This document shows, piece by piece, positions 60,930 through 64,000 of a stretch of 64,000 nt of DNA. The stretch lies in NCBI GenBank assembly GCA_903883645.1, contig CAISBR010000168.1:22859-86858 (forward strand), given 5' to 3'. Each line of letters starts with the position of its first letter. Positions within the stretch are counted from its first letter, which is position 1. Both the position numbers and the translations under genes were made by a program. A model generated the notes under the pieces. That model made no database searches. It saw only the letters and a list, made by a program, of their open reading frames with translations, and was not told the origin of the DNA. This DNA comes from an uncultured Myxococcales bacterium (GTDB taxonomy: Bacteria; Myxococcota_A; UBA9042).

Positions 60930-63242
60930 ATGCGCTACTGCCCGCGCTGCGGAACCACGACCAGCCAAAACGCCTGCCCGCACGACGGAACCCCGACCGT
61001 GCGGCAGATGACTAGCGGGCAAGCCACCGTGGCCGTTGGCGACGTGATTGGCGGCCGCTATCGCGTGCTCGGCGAGCTAGGAAGCGGTGGATTCGGCACG
61101 GTATTTGACTCAGTGCACGTGACCACTGGGCATCCCGTCGCGGTCAAAGTACTCAAAGCGGGCAGCGGCGCCGAGGGCCAAGAGATGGCGCGGCGCTTTT
61201 TTCAAGAAGCGGCCACCACGTCGCGGCTGACGCATCCCAACACCGTGCGCGTATTCGATTTTGGCCAGACTGACTCGGGCGAGCTGTTCTTGGCGATGGA
61301 GCGCTTGTCGGGCGATACATTGCAGACGGCGCTCAATCGAGTGCGTGAACAGGGCGAAACACTTGGTGAAAGTCAGTCCGTCGATGTGGGCACGGCCGTG
61401 CTGCGCAGCCTAGCCGAAGCACACGCCCTGGGCCTGGTGCACCGCGACATGAAGCCGGCCAACATCTTCTTGCATCAGATGGCGGGCGGCGAAGCGATCG
61501 TCAAGGTGCTGGATTTCGGCATCGTCAAGACGCACGACGCGACCATGACGCAGGCCGGAAAAGCGCTGGGTACGCCCACACATATGAGCCCTGAGCAGGC
61601 GATGGGGCGCGATGTGGATGGGCGCAGCGACCTGTACTCGCTGGGCGTGGTGCTGTACGAGTGCCTGACTGGTACCGTGCTTTTCGACGCCGAGAGTCCC
61701 CTTGCCATCGTGATGCGCCATGTGACCGAAGATGCGGAGCCGATCGCCTTGCGGGCCCCTGGGCGAGTGCGACCCGCGCTGGCGGCTGCGGTCGAGAAGG
61801 TGTTGGCCAAGAAGCCCGAGGACCGCTATCAGACCGCCAACGATTTTCGCATCGCGCTTGAGTCTTCGATGGGCGTGAAAACCGGCGCGACGGCGTCGTA
61901 CCACGTGCCCAATGGCATGAATGCGCGTGGAGAGACCCCCGCCAAGGCTGAGCGAGAGCAAACTCCCGCGCCCACGCCGCGCGTGGCGATCGCCGCCCGG
62001 GTGCCGATCGACGACCGCCGTCTCGCGGGCGAAACCGTGGCGAGTGGAGTGCCGCAGTTCGACGACGACGACGGCGGCTTCATGCAGATTGGCGAAGCCA
62101 TCGGCGGAGGGCATGACGAAGAAGACATGGGCTCGAAAGTGCCGATTGCGCCTCGCTTTGAGCCGACGCGGCCGCAGCTAGCGCAGGCGCGCCCCGATCC
62201 GCTGGTGGTCGATGACCTGCTCGACGGCCGCGACTTGGGGCAGAGTCTTAGCCGTTTGGCGCAGTTGGGGCTGGGTGGGCTGTCGGGCGCCAGTCCTGCC
62301 GGCAGCTGGGGTGCGGGCATGGCGGGGCAGCTGACGCGGCCGCTGATGCCGGTCGTGCAGCCGCCGCGGCGGCAAATTGAGTCGTTGTATATCGGCGCGG
62401 ATATGCAGCATGTGGTGTACGCAGACCCGAATCATCACCTGCACCTGAGTAATTTGGGTGAGTTGGGCGCGCAGCCCGTGTCGGTACTCGACCTCGTCGA
62501 TGTGATCGATATTGGTGCGCACGACAACCTGGTCGAGGGGCTGGCCGCGACACCGGATGGCCGGCTGGTGGTGTCGGCGTCGATCGACGGCGTGGTGCGG
62601 CTTTGGGATGTGGCGAGTGGTCGGCTGCTGCACGAGGTGGTGCTCGACGCCAGCCCTAGCGCGGTGGCGATTGCCTCGGACGGCAAGCTGCTGGTGGTTG
62701 GCTGCGGCGACGGTGCGGTGCACCTGTACGAACTGCCCGACATGCTGTTGCGGCGGGTGCTGCGCGGCCATCGCGAGGCCGTAACGGCGGTGGCGTGTGC
62801 CGGCTCGAAGCGACTGGTGGTAACCGCTAGCGAAGACGGCGTAGTGCGGACCTGGGACCCTGTGGGCGGCGGTGCGCGGCTCACGGCGCGGGCGCACGAG
62901 GGCTCGGTCGGCTCGGTGGCGGTCAACGCCCTGGGGCAGATGGTCGCGAGCGGCGGCTGGGACGGCAAGCTACACGTATGGTATGGCCGTACCGGTGATA
63001 CTGCTTTAGAAATCAAGGCTCACGATGACATCATTGCAGGTGTCGCGGTCGATCGCGGTGGCAATTTGGTCGCCACGGCCGGCGATGACCGGGTGGTGCG
63101 CGTGTTTCATATCTTGACTGGCGAGCTGCGGGCCGAACGCCGCGACTTTCGAACGGGCGTCAAGCTGGTGCGGTTTGCCGACGAGGGCAACCTAGTCGTG
63201 GCCGGCGCATGGGACGGCACGTTCCGCAAACTGACCTGGTAG
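60930..63242 (+). CDS. Ser/Thr protein kinase with an N-terminal zinc-ribbon and a C-terminal WD40 beta-propeller
   Basis: The zinc-ribbon is MRYCPRCGTTTSQNACPHDG. The kinase core contains LGSGGFGTVFD, VAVKVLK, HRDMKPANIFL, DFGIV and GTPTHMSPE. About 7 WD40 repeats follow (..SASIDGVVRLWDV.., ..ASEDGVVRTWDP.., ..GGWDGKLHVWYG.., ..AGDDRVVRVFHI..). Confidence 0.85.
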   Translation: MRYCPRCGTTTSQNACPHDGTPTVRQMTSGQATVAVGDVIGGRYRVLGELGSGGFGTVFDSVHVTTGHPVAVKVLKAGSGAEGQEMARRFFQEAATTSRLTHPNTVRVFDFGQTDSGELFLAMERLSGDTLQTALNRVREQGETLGESQSVDVGTAVLRSLAEAHALGLVHRDMKPANIFLHQMAGGEAIVKVLDFGIVKTHDATMTQAGKALGTPTHMSPEQAMGRDVDGRSDLYSLGVVLYECLTGTVLFDAESPLAIVMRHVTEDAEPIALRAPGRVRPALAAAVEKVLAKKPEDRYQTANDFRIALESSMGVKTGATASYHVPNGMNARGETPAKAEREQTPAPTPRVAIAARVPIDDRRLAGETVASGVPQFDDDDGGFMQIGEAIGGGHDEEDMGSKVPIAPRFEPTRPQLAQARPDPLVVDDLLDGRDLGQSLSRLAQLGLGGLSGASPAGSWGAGMAGQLTRPLMPVVQPPRRQIESLYIGADMQHVVYADPNHHLHLSNLGELGAQPVSVLDLVDVIDIGAHDNLVEGLAATPDGRLVVSASIDGVVRLWDVASGRLLHEVVLDASPSAVAIASDGKLLVVGCGDGAVHLYELPDMLLRRVLRGHREAVTAVACAGSKRLVVTASEDGVVRTWDPVGGGARLTARAHEGSVGSVAVNALGQMVASGGWDGKLHVWYGRTGDTALEIKAHDDIIAGVAVDRGGNLVATAGDDRVVRVFHILTGELRAERRDFRTGVKLVRFADEGNLVVAGAWDGTFRKLTW

Positions 63243-63298
63243 CGCGCCCACTTCGGCACGCCTAACCCGACTGCATCTGCAGCAAAGAAGCCCGACAC

Positions 63299-64000
63299 AT
63301 GCCCCTGCTGACTGCACACGACATCGCCAAAGCCTATGGCGTTTCTACGATTCTTGGCGGCGCCGAGCTACACTTGGCGCGCGGCGAGAAGGTGGGGCTG
63401 GTGGGGCGCAACGGTGCCGGCAAGTCGACGCTACTGCGCATCTTGGCGGGGGTCGAGCAGCCCGACGGCGGTGACATCGCCTGGCGCAATGATACGCATG
63501 TGGCCTATTTAGCTCAGAATCCCGAGCCGGGGACGGCCAAGACCCTGCTGGATGTGGCGCTGCAAGGGGCGATGCGCAACCGCGAACCGCTCGAGGCCCA
63601 CGAAGCGCTGTTAGCCGCGGAGCAGGCCCTGAAAGGTCTTGGAATTACCCAGCTTGATATGCCGGTGGCGGTGGCTTCGGGCGGTACGATGCGGCGCGCG
63701 GCCCTGGCGGCGGCCCTGCTGCAAAAGCCCGACCTGCTGCTGCTCGACGAGCCGACCAATCACTTGGATGCCGACACCGCGGCGTGGCTCGAGCTGCAGC
63801 TAAAGCAGTTGCCGTCGGCCCTGATCATGGTGACCCACGACCGCTACTTCTTGAATCAAGTGGTGGATCGGATTGTGGAGCTGCGGCGCGGCAAGCTGCA
63901 TAGCTACCCAGGCACGCTGCAAGACTGGCTCGAAGCGCGGGTGCACGAAGAGGAATTGGCCGATCGCACCGAACACAATCGCAAGAACCTGTTGCGGGTC
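63299..64000 (+). CDS. ABC-F family ATPase (EttA/Uup-like), 5' part; continues beyond the right window edge
   Basis: The product begins MPLLTAHDIAKAYGVSTILGGAELHLARGEKVGLVGRNGAGKSTLLRILAG.. (Walker A), then an ABC signature SGGTMRRAALAAAL, a Walker B LLLLDEPTNHLD and an H-loop VTHDRYFL. The ORF track does not list it because it runs off the window edge. Confidence 0.8.
   Translation, partial: MPLLTAHDIAKAYGVSTILGGAELHLARGEKVGLVGRNGAGKSTLLRILAGVEQPDGGDIAWRNDTHVAYLAQNPEPGTAKTLLDVALQGAMRNREPLEAHEALLAAEQALKGLGITQLDMPVAVASGGTMRRAALAAALLQKPDLLLLDEPTNHLDADTAAWLELQLKQLPSALIMVTHDRYFLNQVVDRIVELRRGKLHSYPGTLQDWLEARVHEEELADRTEHNRKNLLRV

Noticed and set aside
62178-62897. 239 aa minus-strand ORF inside the STPK-WD40 gene
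   Set aside because: Antisense shadow. The plus strand encodes clear WD40 repeats.

Overview
This is a high-GC (about 65-70%), gene-dense chromosomal window that is almost certainly from a member of Myxococcota. The evidence is a MYXO-CTERM-type C-terminal sorting tail, Myxococcus-type Cys-rich (DUF4215) repeats, MopE-like metal-binding repeats, several Ser/Thr kinases and eukaryote-like EGF, fibrinogen and WD40 domains. I call about 43 coding regions and one tRNA-Pro(GGG), with a partial gene at each window edge: bamA at the left and an ABC-F ATPase at the right. Housekeeping genes include bamA(partial)-lolD-lolE, lysS, metH, dapB, rlmM, ahcY, guaA and pepD. The accessory content is unusually rich. 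It includes a cbEGF plus fibrinogen-related-domain lipoprotein, a lamin-tail-domain protein with MopE repeats and a MYXO-CTERM tail, and a Kal-like/Kce gene pair with no other lysine-fermentation genes. It also includes a flotillin gene followed by a phospholipase-D gene, two zinc-ribbon Ser/Thr kinases (one fused to WD40) and a six-gene minus-strand cluster of unknown function. Non-coding features of note are a perfect 4 x 19-bp tandem repeat between two convergent genes, an AT-rich island, and a candidate promoter ahead of the GAF/HD-GYP gene. The ORF track is full of long antisense 'shadow' ORFs typical of high-GC DNA, and I reject these. The ORF track uses alternative start codons, so several starts were re-placed on homology, signal-peptide or Shine-Dalgarno grounds. 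All functional calls come from reading the translated sequences without database searches.
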